From: Alphaproteobacteria bacterium
GTDB lineage: Bacteria; Pseudomonadota; Alphaproteobacteria; UBA7887
Direction of reading: 5' to 3'
DNA: 64,000 bases
NCBI GenBank assembly: GCA_965216755.1
Contig: CBDCGL010000011.1
Span: 544,001 to 608,000, forward strand
Each line of letters opens with the position of its first letter. Position 1 is the first letter of the stretch. Below, one piece after another: positions 32,491-41,143 of this stretch. Under the pieces are notes generated by a model. The model saw only the letters and a list, made by a program, of their open reading frames with translations, had not been told where the DNA came from and searched no databases. Both the position numbers and the translations under genes were made by a program.

Positions 32491-34638
32491 ATGGTGGCAT
32501 TACGGTTCGAGTTGTTGGGCGGATTGACGATCCGGTCCGATCAGGGGCGGCTGGTGACATTGCGCGCCAAGAAGGCCAAGGCGTTGCTGGCATTCCTCGC
32601 CATGCATCCGAACCGCGCGCAGCCGCGCGAGAAGCTTGCCGGGCTCTTGTGGGGCGACAACGAGGAGTCTCAGGCCCGTCATAACTTGCGACAAACATTG
32701 CTTGCCTTGCGCAAGGCCCTGCCACGTGAGACCGATCGTATTCTTACGATCGACGATGAATCCATCACCTTGCGGGGCGCGAGTGTCGCAGTTGACGTGG
32801 CGCAATTCGGTGAGTTGACCAAGAACGGGGCGTCGGCCGAAGAGCTCAACGCGGCCATCGGCCTTTACGACGGCGATTTCCTTGACGGCTTTCGTATCAA
32901 ACAGGCTGGGTTCGACGACTGGGCCGCCGAACAGCGACGCGCGTGGCGGGAACGGGCGCGACAAGCGATGCACAGATGTATGGAGTTTTGCCAAGAATCC
33001 GGAAAGACCGACGCGGCAATTGCGCATGGCGAGCGATTGTTGGCAATGGATCCGCTGCAAGAGGCTGTACACCGGTCGCTCATGCGCTTGTACCAAGATT
33101 ATGGTCGGCGCGATCTGGCGCTGCAGAAGTTCGAAGAATGTCGCAAGATGCTGCGCGACGAGCTTGATGTTGAACCGGAGGCCGAGACCAAAGATCTCTA
33201 TTGGGCCATTCGGCGCGCGCGCGCGAACGGCGATAACGGTTTCGGCTTGGCTTCGCCGAACAAGGCCGCGGGCGCCGCAACCCGGATTGCGGATCGGAAA
33301 CTCAGGCTGAGGCTAGCGCCGGTTGTGGCGTCCCTCATATTTGTCGGCTTGGTTGGTGCCGGAACCTGGTTGATATTGAGCGTGGCTCGATCCGATCGCG
33401 ACCTTGCGATTGATCATGACACGGTCCTCGCGATGCCCTCTGGCCCATCAATTGCCGTGCTGCCGTTCGCCAACATCGGTGGTGATTCCGAGCAAGAATA
33501 TTTCGCTGACGGTATCACCACCCAAGTCATTTCGGGTTTGGCACGTTTCCGCGACTTGGCCGTCATCGCGCGGAGTTCGACATTTCAGTACAAGAACAAA
33601 TCCACGGACGTTCGCCAAATATCCAAAGATCTGGATGCCCGTTACATTTTGGAAGGCAGTGTGCGTCGGAGCCATGATCGCGTCCGCGTCTCGTCACAAC
33701 TGCTTGACGGGAAAACCGGTTCCCATCTCTGGACAGAAGACTATCAGAACGATTTGACTGCCGAATCCTTATTGGAAATTCAGGATGTTATAGCGCAGCA
33801 AGTTGTGGCCACGATCGCGAGTCATTCTGGCGTCATTTTCAATCTAAGCCGAAACGATACGAAGAATGCTTCAACGGCTAACTACGAATCTCTCAATTGT
33901 GTTCATCTCGCCTACGAGTTCACGACGTTATTTTCCGCCGAATCCTATCGTTCGGCTCGCGATTGCCTCGAACGCGTGGTCGAGACCGATCGCAAATATG
34001 CTGATGCTTGGGCTTGGTTGGCGATCCTCTACAACTACGGTTATGCCTTAAACATCGATCCATCTATTGAAAGTACTGAGCGCGGCCTGGCTGCCGCACG
34101 ACGAGCTGTCAAATTGGATGAGGTGAGCCAGAATGCGCATTTCGCAATGGCTTTATCGTATTACTTCCTGCATGAGACGGAGGCTTTCAATGCCGAGGCC
34201 GAGTTTGCGATCGCCCTAAATCCGAACAATGCAGACGTTGTTGCCGAGCTCGCCGAAAAGATCGCTTATACCGGCGAGTGGGAGCGAGGTGTCGCGCTGA
34301 TGCGGAAAGCTATGGCGTTGAACCCGCGGCATCCAAGCTGGTACTGGTACGTCCTGGCAAAACACCATCTAATGAAGGGTAATTTTGCGGACGCTATTGG
34401 CGCGGCGCGCAAGGTCAACAATCCAGAAAACTACATATATTTCATCATGCTTGCGTATATCTATGCGCACGCGGGGCGACAATCCGAGGCTGAGCAAGCT
34501 GTTACTGCGGCACGCCAAGTCGATAATGACGCTACGATCAAGAAAGTGACTGAGTTTTACCAAAGATGGAATTTTCAACCTGATTTCATCTCGATGGTTT
34601 CCAATGGGTTGGCCAAGGCAGGTTTACCCGAAAGTTAA
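32491..34638 (+). CDS. Membrane-spanning SARP-type regulator: wHTH + BTAD, one TM helix, TolB-N-like domain, TPR repeats
   Basis: FELLGG...KALLAFLA...REKLAGLLW...ARHNLRQ.L..LRK; BTAD (DP LQEAVHRSLMRLY...LDVEPEAET); TM at about aa 275-298; PSIAVLPFAN...YFADG; TPRs (AIALNPN, AMALNP). Confidence 0.85.
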   Translation: MVALRFELLGGLTIRSDQGRLVTLRAKKAKALLAFLAMHPNRAQPREKLAGLLWGDNEESQARHNLRQTLLALRKALPRETDRILTIDDESITLRGASVAVDVAQFGELTKNGASAEELNAAIGLYDGDFLDGFRIKQAGFDDWAAEQRRAWRERARQAMHRCMEFCQESGKTDAAIAHGERLLAMDPLQEAVHRSLMRLYQDYGRRDLALQKFEECRKMLRDELDVEPEAETKDLYWAIRRARANGDNGFGLASPNKAAGAATRIADRKLRLRLAPVVASLIFVGLVGAGTWLILSVARSDRDLAIDHDTVLAMPSGPSIAVLPFANIGGDSEQEYFADGITTQVISGLARFRDLAVIARSSTFQYKNKSTDVRQISKDLDARYILEGSVRRSHDRVRVSSQLLDGKTGSHLWTEDYQNDLTAESLLEIQDVIAQQVVATIASHSGVIFNLSRNDTKNASTANYESLNCVHLAYEFTTLFSAESYRSARDCLERVVETDRKYADAWAWLAILYNYGYALNIDPSIESTERGLAAARRAVKLDEVSQNAHFAMALSYYFLHETEAFNAEAEFAIALNPNNADVVAELAEKIAYTGEWERGVALMRKAMALNPRHPSWYWYVLAKHHLMKGNFADAIGAARKVNNPENYIYFIMLAYIYAHAGRQSEAEQAVTAARQVDNDATIKKVTEFYQRWNFQPDFISMVSNGLAKAGLPES

Positions 34639-34684
34639 CGGTCCGGCGCGTGTTTTGCTCGTCTACCAATGTTGTTCCGGACAT

Positions 34685-34739
34685 TTAACGTTGCGCTGAC
34701 ATCACTCCTGACTATCCGCTGACACCGCCCCGTTAGATT
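34685..34739 (+). promoter_or_regulatory. Helically phased direct repeats plus -10-like hexamer (putative SARP-activated promoter)
   Basis: TTAAC at 34685 and CTGAC at 34696, 34708 and 34719 (spacing 11/12/11); TAGATT at 34734-34739. Confidence 0.6.
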
Positions 34740-34789
34740 TCCCTTTGAATAGAATTGTTAGCACTCGTACGGGCAAGAGGGAGGATCGA

Positions 34790-35257
34790 ATGTTTCGATC
34801 ATCTATCGCATCAGTTATCTCGCTTTTTTTGGGACCAACGGCCGGAACATTGTATGCGGCTGAATGCACAGGCGCCGGGTACAATTTCACCCAAATGTCA
34901 GAAACTGTCGAATTGGGAGAAGGCCATTCTGTGATCGTGTGGAAGGGGCATGCCATTTTGGTCGATGACGACCCGAACGGCATTTATCACATGTCCTCAG
35001 GACCTTGCATTGCTGTTTTCTCAGTCTTACCAGATGGCGGTTTCAAGGCCGCCGGGAACTGCAGCTACACGGACGGCGATGGTGACTTCCATTCCGATCG
35101 TTGGTGGCAAGAACCCGGGGCAAATCGCGGTCGCTGGGAGACAATCCACGGCAGCGGAAAATTTGCAGCCACTGTCGGCGATTCGGGTTGGTATGAGACA
35201 GTCATGGAAAACGGATTGGCAAGCGTAGGCCGCTGGGGTGGAGAGTGTAGCGAGTAG
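34790..35257 (+). CDS. Small exported beta-rich hypothetical protein with 4 Cys
   Basis: GGAGG RBS; signal-peptide-like N-terminus ending LYA/A; beta-strand patterning; GSGKFA motif; Cys near both mature termini. Confidence 0.75.
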   Translation: MFRSSIASVISLFLGPTAGTLYAAECTGAGYNFTQMSETVELGEGHSVIVWKGHAILVDDDPNGIYHMSSGPCIAVFSVLPDGGFKAAGNCSYTDGDGDFHSDRWWQEPGANRGRWETIHGSGKFAATVGDSGWYETVMENGLASVGRWGGECSE

Positions 35258-35287
35258 ACGCCGGCATTCGTCCAATTCGGACCGACA

Positions 35288-35324
35288 CGGGCCGCCGTTT
35301 TTACGCCCACGGCGGCCCGACTTT
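35288..35324. terminator. GC-rich hairpin between convergent genes (probable terminator)
   Basis: 11-bp perfect stem CGGGCCGCCGT/ACGGCGGCCCG with a 10-nt loop, then CTTT. Confidence 0.65.
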
Positions 35325-35331
35325 CGCACGG

Positions 35332-36438
35332 CTATTTGCGTGCCGCCTCTAGGGCGTCTGGGAGCATCTCCTCAAGCAAATCCAGGTCCGGCTCAAGGCC
35401 GGCGCTGATCCGTATGCAGCGGTCGAGCGGCGCGACGCCCGGCATGCGCACGAAGATGCCACGCGCGATCAGTTCCCGTAGCACGCGTCGGGCATAGTCG
35501 CCGTCGCGGCCGCAGTCGACGGCGACGAAATTGGTCGCGGACGGCAGTGTGTTCAGACCGTTCGCGCGCGCGATCGCGGCAATCCGTTCCTTGGCCGCCG
35601 CGGCCAGGATTGCCACGCGTGCCAAATGGTCCTTGTCCGCGAGCGAGGCGAGGGCACCCGCCTGGGCGACGCGATTAACGCCAAAGTGGTTACGCAGCTT
35701 GTCAAAGCTCTTGATCAGCCCGGCCTCGCCGACGGCATAGCCGATGCGCGCGCCCGCCATGCCGTAGGCTTTCGAAAATGTGCGGAAACGCAGCACCTTG
35801 GGATTGCTGACATCGAAAGGCGGAATGACGCCTTCTGGCGCAAACTCCCAATAGGCTTCGTCGAGAACCAAAATGGCGCCATCCGGGATTTGATCGATCG
35901 TGTGTTGGATAGTCTCCGCGTCCCTCCAAGTTCCCATCGGATTATCCGGATTTGCGAAAAAGATGAGCCTTGCGTCTTCGCGCCGGGCGAGCATGAGTAG
36001 GGCTTGGGGATCCTCGTGGTCATCGCGATAGGGCACGGTGACCAACCGACCGCCGCAGCCGGCGACGTGGAAATTGAAAGTTGGGTAGGCACCCTTCGAG
36101 GTCGCGACGGTCACACCCGGCTCGACGAACAACCGGTTCGTGTAACAGAACAGTGTGTCGATGCCTTCGCCGACGACCACGTTTTCCGGGCCGACGCCGT
36201 GGACGTTTGCAAGCGCGACCTTGAGATCGTGGTTTTCCGGGTCGCCATATTGCCAAACCTCGGTGGCGGCTTGTCGCATGGCGGCAACCGCCTTGGGCGA
36301 TGGGCCGAACACGCTCTCGTTCGCACCAATACGGGCACGAAACGGCCGGCCGCGGGCGCGTTCTTGGGCTTCGGGGCCAACGAAGGGCACGGTTTGCGGC
36401 AATGCCGCCACGATTGGAGTAAAAGGATAATCTGCCAT
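35332..36438 (-). CDS. Class I/II PLP aminotransferase, histidinol-phosphate aminotransferase-like
   Basis: GANES, NPDNPMG, LDEAY, RTFSKAYGMAGARIG. Confidence 0.88.
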   Translation of the reverse strand: MADYPFTPIVAALPQTVPFVGPEAQERARGRPFRARIGANESVFGPSPKAVAAMRQAATEVWQYGDPENHDLKVALANVHGVGPENVVVGEGIDTLFCYTNRLFVEPGVTVATSKGAYPTFNFHVAGCGGRLVTVPYRDDHEDPQALLMLARREDARLIFFANPDNPMGTWRDAETIQHTIDQIPDGAILVLDEAYWEFAPEGVIPPFDVSNPKVLRFRTFSKAYGMAGARIGYAVGEAGLIKSFDKLRNHFGVNRVAQAGALASLADKDHLARVAILAAAAKERIAAIARANGLNTLPSATNFVAVDCGRDGDYARRVLRELIARGIFVRMPGVAPLDRCIRISAGLEPDLDLLEEMLPDALEAARK

Positions 36439-36625
36439 CTGACATTCATCGGTTCGTTGTTTTTGGCCGGCCCTTGGCGCGCGCGAACGGGCGGAAGCAA
36501 AGTCCTGTCCAGAATGGCATGAATCGCGTGCTTGGCGCCAATGCGCCGTTGTACGTCACGCCGCCGACCATGACATAATGGCGCTAAGTGCCGCGCCATG
36601 CGGCCGCAATGACGGGGGAACCGTT

Positions 36626-37600
36626 ATGGGTTTTCGCCTGCTACTCCTCAAGAACCTGGAATTGCCCGATATGGCTGGCATGGTTGATTCCTGGCCGGCC
36701 AGGCTTCACGACATGATTCCAGACATGGAAATTCACGTCGCCAACGACACGGCGGAAGCGGCGCCTGTAATCGATAAGGTCGACGCGGCTTACGGGAAAA
36801 TTGAAGCGGACATCTTCACGCGGGCGGGCGATCTAAGGTGGTTGCAGTCGCCCCATGCCGGGCCGGATCCGACCTTCTATCATCAGGCGCTCATCGACAG
36901 CGACGTCATTGTGACCAACATGCGGGGCATCTTCAGCGACCATATCAGCGCGCATATCCTGGCCTTTCTGCTGACCTTCGCGCGCGGTATGCACACCTAC
37001 CGCGAGCAACAAGCCCAAGGACTCTGGAAGAGCGGCGCGCCCACGGTACACCTACCAGACGCGACGGTCGTGATGGTTGGGGTGGGCGGCATCGGCGCCG
37101 AAACCGCGCGGATTTGCGCGGCATTCGGCATGACGGTCATCGGCATTGATCCGCGCGTTACCGACGCACCACCCGGCGTCGGGCGTTTGGTATCGCCCGA
37201 TCAGCTGGGCTCGGTGCTGCCAGAGGCCGACTTTGTCGTGGTGACCGCGCCCGAGACACCGCAAACTCGGGGCCTGTTTGATGCCGGTAAATTCGCACTC
37301 ATGAAAGCTACTGCGTTCTTTATCAACATCGGACGCGGCGCGACGGTGGTGCTCGATGACCTCGATACCGCATTACGTGATGGTTCGATTGCCGGCGCGG
37401 CGTTGGACGTATTCCAGGTCGAGCCTTTGCCCACCGAGCATCCACTTTGGACGGCGCCGAGCATGCTGATCACGCCCCATGTCGCGACCGTCGGCCCTTA
37501 TCTCAACGATCGGCGCACGAAGGTGTTTCTGGATAACTGCTTGCGCTTCGACCGGGGCGAGACATTGGCCAATGTGGTCGATAAGAGAAACTGGTTCTAA
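36626..37600 (+). CDS. D-2-hydroxyacid dehydrogenase family protein
   Basis: GVGGIG, FINIGRG, AALDVF..EPLP, ITPHVA; start taken at ATG 36626. Confidence 0.88.
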   Translation: MGFRLLLLKNLELPDMAGMVDSWPARLHDMIPDMEIHVANDTAEAAPVIDKVDAAYGKIEADIFTRAGDLRWLQSPHAGPDPTFYHQALIDSDVIVTNMRGIFSDHISAHILAFLLTFARGMHTYREQQAQGLWKSGAPTVHLPDATVVMVGVGGIGAETARICAAFGMTVIGIDPRVTDAPPGVGRLVSPDQLGSVLPEADFVVVTAPETPQTRGLFDAGKFALMKATAFFINIGRGATVVLDDLDTALRDGSIAGAALDVFQVEPLPTEHPLWTAPSMLITPHVATVGPYLNDRRTKVFLDNCLRFDRGETLANVVDKRNWF

Positions 37601-37609
37601 GAACGACCG

Positions 37610-38233
37610 CTAGAGGAAATTCGGCGGCTCTGGCGAGGTGTTTGAGTCGGCCCCATCATCGCGTCGTGGTACGGAGTTCCTGGGGCATGGCAAGCACATG
37701 AGTGCTTCCTTGGAGGAAGTCGGGAACTCGTCCAATGCGCACGGTTTCGGCTCCTCGCAACGACGGTCATCCAAGTTCATTTCGCCGGGTCGGCGCCGGC
37801 GATCGGGCCCGAAATAGCCCTTGGCCACAACAAACTGGCGCGGTCGTTGAAGAACCTCATGAACCCGTAAGGCCAAGTCCTTCAAGGATACCGGCTTTGA
37901 CAGGAATTCATCGATACCCGAATCGCGCGCCATCTCCACCGAGATGGGCGTCGCGTAGGACGACATCATAATCACGGGCACAAACGGATCTGGTGTCTTT
38001 TGCCCGGTACGAACCATCCTCACGAAGTCGACGCCGCCAACGGGCGACATTTCGAAATCTGTAATGATGATGTCTGGTGTCAGGTGGCAAAGTTCGCCAT
38101 AGGCCGTAATCGGATTGCTATGGGCCACGACATTGCGAATACCCATGGATCGCAACATGTCGGTGATGAGCTGCAAATAAAAACGGTTATCATCAACCAA
38201 AAGAATCATAAGTCTGTTGAGATTCAAAGACAT
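37610..38233 (-). CDS. CheY-like response regulator with Arg-rich c-di-GMP-binding tail (Cle-like)
   Basis: LLVDD, phosphoacceptor D in IITDFEM, SKP; C-terminal YFGPDRRRR. Confidence 0.82.
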   Translation of the reverse strand: MSLNLNRLMILLVDDNRFYLQLITDMLRSMGIRNVVAHSNPITAYGELCHLTPDIIITDFEMSPVGGVDFVRMVRTGQKTPDPFVPVIMMSSYATPISVEMARDSGIDEFLSKPVSLKDLALRVHEVLQRPRQFVVAKGYFGPDRRRRPGEMNLDDRRCEEPKPCALDEFPTSSKEALMCLPCPRNSVPRRDDGADSNTSPEPPNFL

Positions 38234-38324
38234 AGAGGATCCCGCGTCAGTTCGTATCAATTGATCCGAGCCTACGGCCTACGACGGGACGCGTAATGAT
38301 CTGTACGGACTACATCAGCCGTCT

Positions 38325-38344
38325 TTCAAACAGAGGCGTTTGAA
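38325..38344. promoter_or_regulatory. Inverted repeat TTCAAAC-N6-GTTTGAA (putative operator)
   Basis: Perfect 7-bp arms about 90 bp upstream of the response regulator start; same arms as 38945-38962. Confidence 0.45.
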
Positions 38345-38585
38345 CGAAGCTAAATTCATCTGCATCAAATGGATAGGGCGTTTCGCGCGAACGCTTGTAA
38401 GCATGAAATGTCTTAGACTTGACCCGAACGCGTCGATCACGCGTCCGGCGCGACGCGACATCCACGAAAAAAGCAGCATTGGTTCACATATTATGGATTT
38501 ATATCAAATTATTATGTAAACTATCACATAATTTAATCCAGAAATACCTGTTATAATATTGATTATGAAAAGAAAAACGACACTC

Positions 38586-38927
38586 TTAGAATCGTAGATT
38601 CGGGGTTCTTGGATATGTCCCACCCGCGCCTTTCTTTCTCTTGAGGGTATTGACGGCCTCAATCCGTTCGCTCTGGCCAGCCCCATGGGCGGGTGAGGAC
38701 CCGGTGAGCGCCGCGCCGGCCGGGCCGGGCCATTGTGCTGGGTGGCGTGCATCCGGTTGGTATTGTGCGCCCATCGCAGGTGTCCGGAAATATGTTTCGG
38801 AACCGGCAAGCGGGCCGGCCAACACCGTCTCCGCCACCGATGCCGACAAGCCGAGAGCCGTCACCACGGTGAGAAAATAGCGTTGCAAGGCAGGCGGGTA
38901 TGTGCGTGCTTTCCTCATAGCGCGCAT
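38586..38927 (-). CDS. Small hypothetical protein with signal-peptide-like N-terminus
   Basis: Basic N-terminus, hydrophobic FLTVVTALGLSASVA, Gly/Pro/Ala-rich body; GC-rich island within an AT-richer intergenic region; no clear RBS. Confidence 0.4.
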   Translation of the reverse strand: MRAMRKARTYPPALQRYFLTVVTALGLSASVAETVLAGPLAGSETYFRTPAMGAQYQPDARHPAQWPGPAGAALTGSSPAHGAGQSERIEAVNTLKRKKGAGGTYPRTPNLRF

Positions 38928-38944
38928 ATGGGGTTCGATCCCGA

Positions 38945-38962
38945 TTCAAACAAACGTTTGAA
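38945..38962. promoter_or_regulatory. Inverted repeat TTCAAAC-N4-GTTTGAA (putative operator)
   Basis: Perfect 7-bp arms between the divergent small ORF and dctQ. Confidence 0.45.
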
Positions 38963-39160
38963 ATCAAGTCTGCGTGAGCCGAGAGCGGTATTCTGCTTTC
39001 AATCAGACCCACCAACCGCTTCGAGGGGTTTTCGTCGCTGTCGCGACCGTGCTATAGCAGACGTTGCCCAAAGATCAGTCTCAAAGACGTCTTACATAAT
39101 GGGCAATGATGGGGGGGATGATGGCCGCGACAGCCTGGCTCTTGGCTAAGGTGCCCTAGT

Positions 39161-39703
39161 ATGAAGGCACTCCTCTCCGCAGCCGGTTATATCGATGCGA
39201 TCAACGACTATGTGGGCCGCACGATCGCGTGGTTGACGGTCTTCATGGTGCTTGTGACCGTGGTGATCGTGGTGCTTCGCTACGGTTTTTCCGAAGGCTT
39301 TATTTGGATGCAGGAATCGGTGCGTTTCATGCATTCATTCGTGTTCCTGCTTTGCGCCGGCTACACGCTGCTGCACAACGGTCATGTTCGCGTCGATGTG
39401 TTTTATTTGCGGTTCTCCGATCGCGGTAAGGCCATTGTCGACATTTTCGGCGGCCTCATCCTGCTCATCCCAGTCTGTGTTTCCATCATTTATTACTCCT
39501 GGGATTACGTCATCAACTCATGGATCGAGCGCGAAGGCTCGCTTGAGGAGCGCGGCCTGCACGCCGTTTTTCTTCTCAAGACGTGTATCTGGATCTTCGC
39601 GGCGCTAATGATCGCCCAGGCCGTGTCGCGGATTATTCATGGCATTGCGACCCTGCGTGGGATCGAGCATGGCGATGGCCAACAAGAAACCCGATTGATG
39701 TAG
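39161..39703 (+). CDS. TRAP transporter small permease (DctQ)
   Basis: 4 TM helices; VVLRYGF, HVRVDVFY. Confidence 0.92.
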   Translation: MKALLSAAGYIDAINDYVGRTIAWLTVFMVLVTVVIVVLRYGFSEGFIWMQESVRFMHSFVFLLCAGYTLLHNGHVRVDVFYLRFSDRGKAIVDIFGGLILLIPVCVSIIYYSWDYVINSWIEREGSLEERGLHAVFLLKTCIWIFAALMIAQAVSRIIHGIATLRGIEHGDGQQETRLM

Positions 39704-39712
39704 GGCGCGCTG

Positions 39713-41101
39713 ATGAGTTCAGAAACCTACATCCTGGCCATGATCGTGACGCTGTGCGCGACCCTGTTGCTTGGTTATCCGGTCGCTTTCACCCTTAGCG
39801 GCGTGGCGCTGTTGTTTGCATTGATTGGCAGCGCCAGCGGTGCGTTCGAATTGGCATTTGTTGCCGCCTTGCCGAACCGGATCTACGGCATCATGACCAA
39901 TGATTTGCTCATTGCGGTGCCGTTGTTTGTGTTTATGGGCGTCATGCTCGAACGGTCGAAATTGGCTGAAGAGCTGCTCGACACCATGGCGCTTGTGCTC
40001 AGCGGTGTGCGCGCCGGGCTCGGTATCGCGGTCAGCATCGTGGGCGCCCTTCTTGCGGCATCGACCGGCATCGTGGGCGCGACCGTGGTGACAATGGGCC
40101 TGCTGTCGCTGCCGACCATGCTCAGACGCAACTACGAACCGGCGGTGGCCTGCGGTTCGATTTGTGCAGCCGGCACGCTTGGTCAGATCATACCGCCTTC
40201 GATCGTATTGATTTTGTTGGGCGACCAAATCTCGGCCGCCTACCAACAAGCGCAACTGGCGGCTGGCAATTTCGCGCCGGAACCCGTGTCCGTGGCGGAC
40301 TTGTTTGTCGGCGCATTGATCCCGGGCCTCTGTTTGGTGTTGCTCTACATCATCTGGCAATTCGTCTATGCCTCGATCTATCCGCAGCGGATGCCACCAA
40401 TTCCGGCGGACGAGCGCGCCGCGATGCCAAGTGGTGAGCTGTTCGGGCGCGTCCTTAAGGTTCTCATGCCGCCCTTGTTGCTGATCGTTTTTGTACTCGG
40501 GTCGATTTTGATTGGCTTGGCAACACCGACCGAGGCCGCGGGTGTCGGCGCGATTGGCGCGATGCTGCTGGCCGCGCTGCGGGGTCAGCTCACCTGGGAC
40601 AATTTGCGTGAGGTCATGCGTTCGACCGCGCGCGTGTCGTCGATGGTGTTCGTGATTTTGATCGGTGCACAGCTGTTCAGCCTGGTATTTCGCGGCTATG
40701 GCGGCGACGACATCGTCGCCGAGTTCCTGACCAATCTGCCGGGCGGGCTCTTCACGGCCATGCTGCTGACCATGGCATTGATGTTTATTTTGGGCTTTTT
40801 TCTCGACTTCATCGAGATCGTGTTTGTGGTGGTGCCGATCATCGGCCCCGCGATCTTGATGCAGGACGTCAGTCCGGTTTGGTTTGCGATTATGATCGCG
40901 GTGAATCTCCAAACATCGTTTTTGACGCCGCCATTTGGTTTCGCGCTATTTTATCTGCGCGGCGTTGCGCCGCCCGAAGTCAAAACAACAGACATCTATC
41001 GTGGCGTTGCCCCCTTTGTGGTCATCCAGCTGCTCATGTTGGTGATCTTGGCGTTTGTGCCGGCTTTGGCCACTTGGCTGCCGAAAGTCGTATACGGTTA
41101 A
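39713..41101 (+). CDS. TRAP transporter large permease (DctM)
   Basis: GYPVAF, AVPLFVFMG..LERS, GTLGQIIPPS, LTPPFGFALF. Confidence 0.94.
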   Translation: MSSETYILAMIVTLCATLLLGYPVAFTLSGVALLFALIGSASGAFELAFVAALPNRIYGIMTNDLLIAVPLFVFMGVMLERSKLAEELLDTMALVLSGVRAGLGIAVSIVGALLAASTGIVGATVVTMGLLSLPTMLRRNYEPAVACGSICAAGTLGQIIPPSIVLILLGDQISAAYQQAQLAAGNFAPEPVSVADLFVGALIPGLCLVLLYIIWQFVYASIYPQRMPPIPADERAAMPSGELFGRVLKVLMPPLLLIVFVLGSILIGLATPTEAAGVGAIGAMLLAALRGQLTWDNLREVMRSTARVSSMVFVILIGAQLFSLVFRGYGGDDIVAEFLTNLPGGLFTAMLLTMALMFILGFFLDFIEIVFVVVPIIGPAILMQDVSPVWFAIMIAVNLQTSFLTPPFGFALFYLRGVAPPEVKTTDIYRGVAPFVVIQLLMLVILAFVPALATWLPKVVYG

Positions 41102-41143
41102 GGGTTCAGCTGCCGTTCTACGGTTCTATGGGTGTTGGCTGGG

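Noticed and set aside
38929-38943. GGGGTTCGATCCC resembling a tRNA T-arm or att site
   Set aside because: No full 5-bp T stem, acceptor stem or CCA, and no integrase nearby.
39719-40912. Long antisense ORFs such as 397 aa opposite dctM (also 4080-5123, 49007-50113, 58414-59424)
   Set aside because: Shadow ORFs expected from high-GC codon bias opposite well-supported genes; no motifs.
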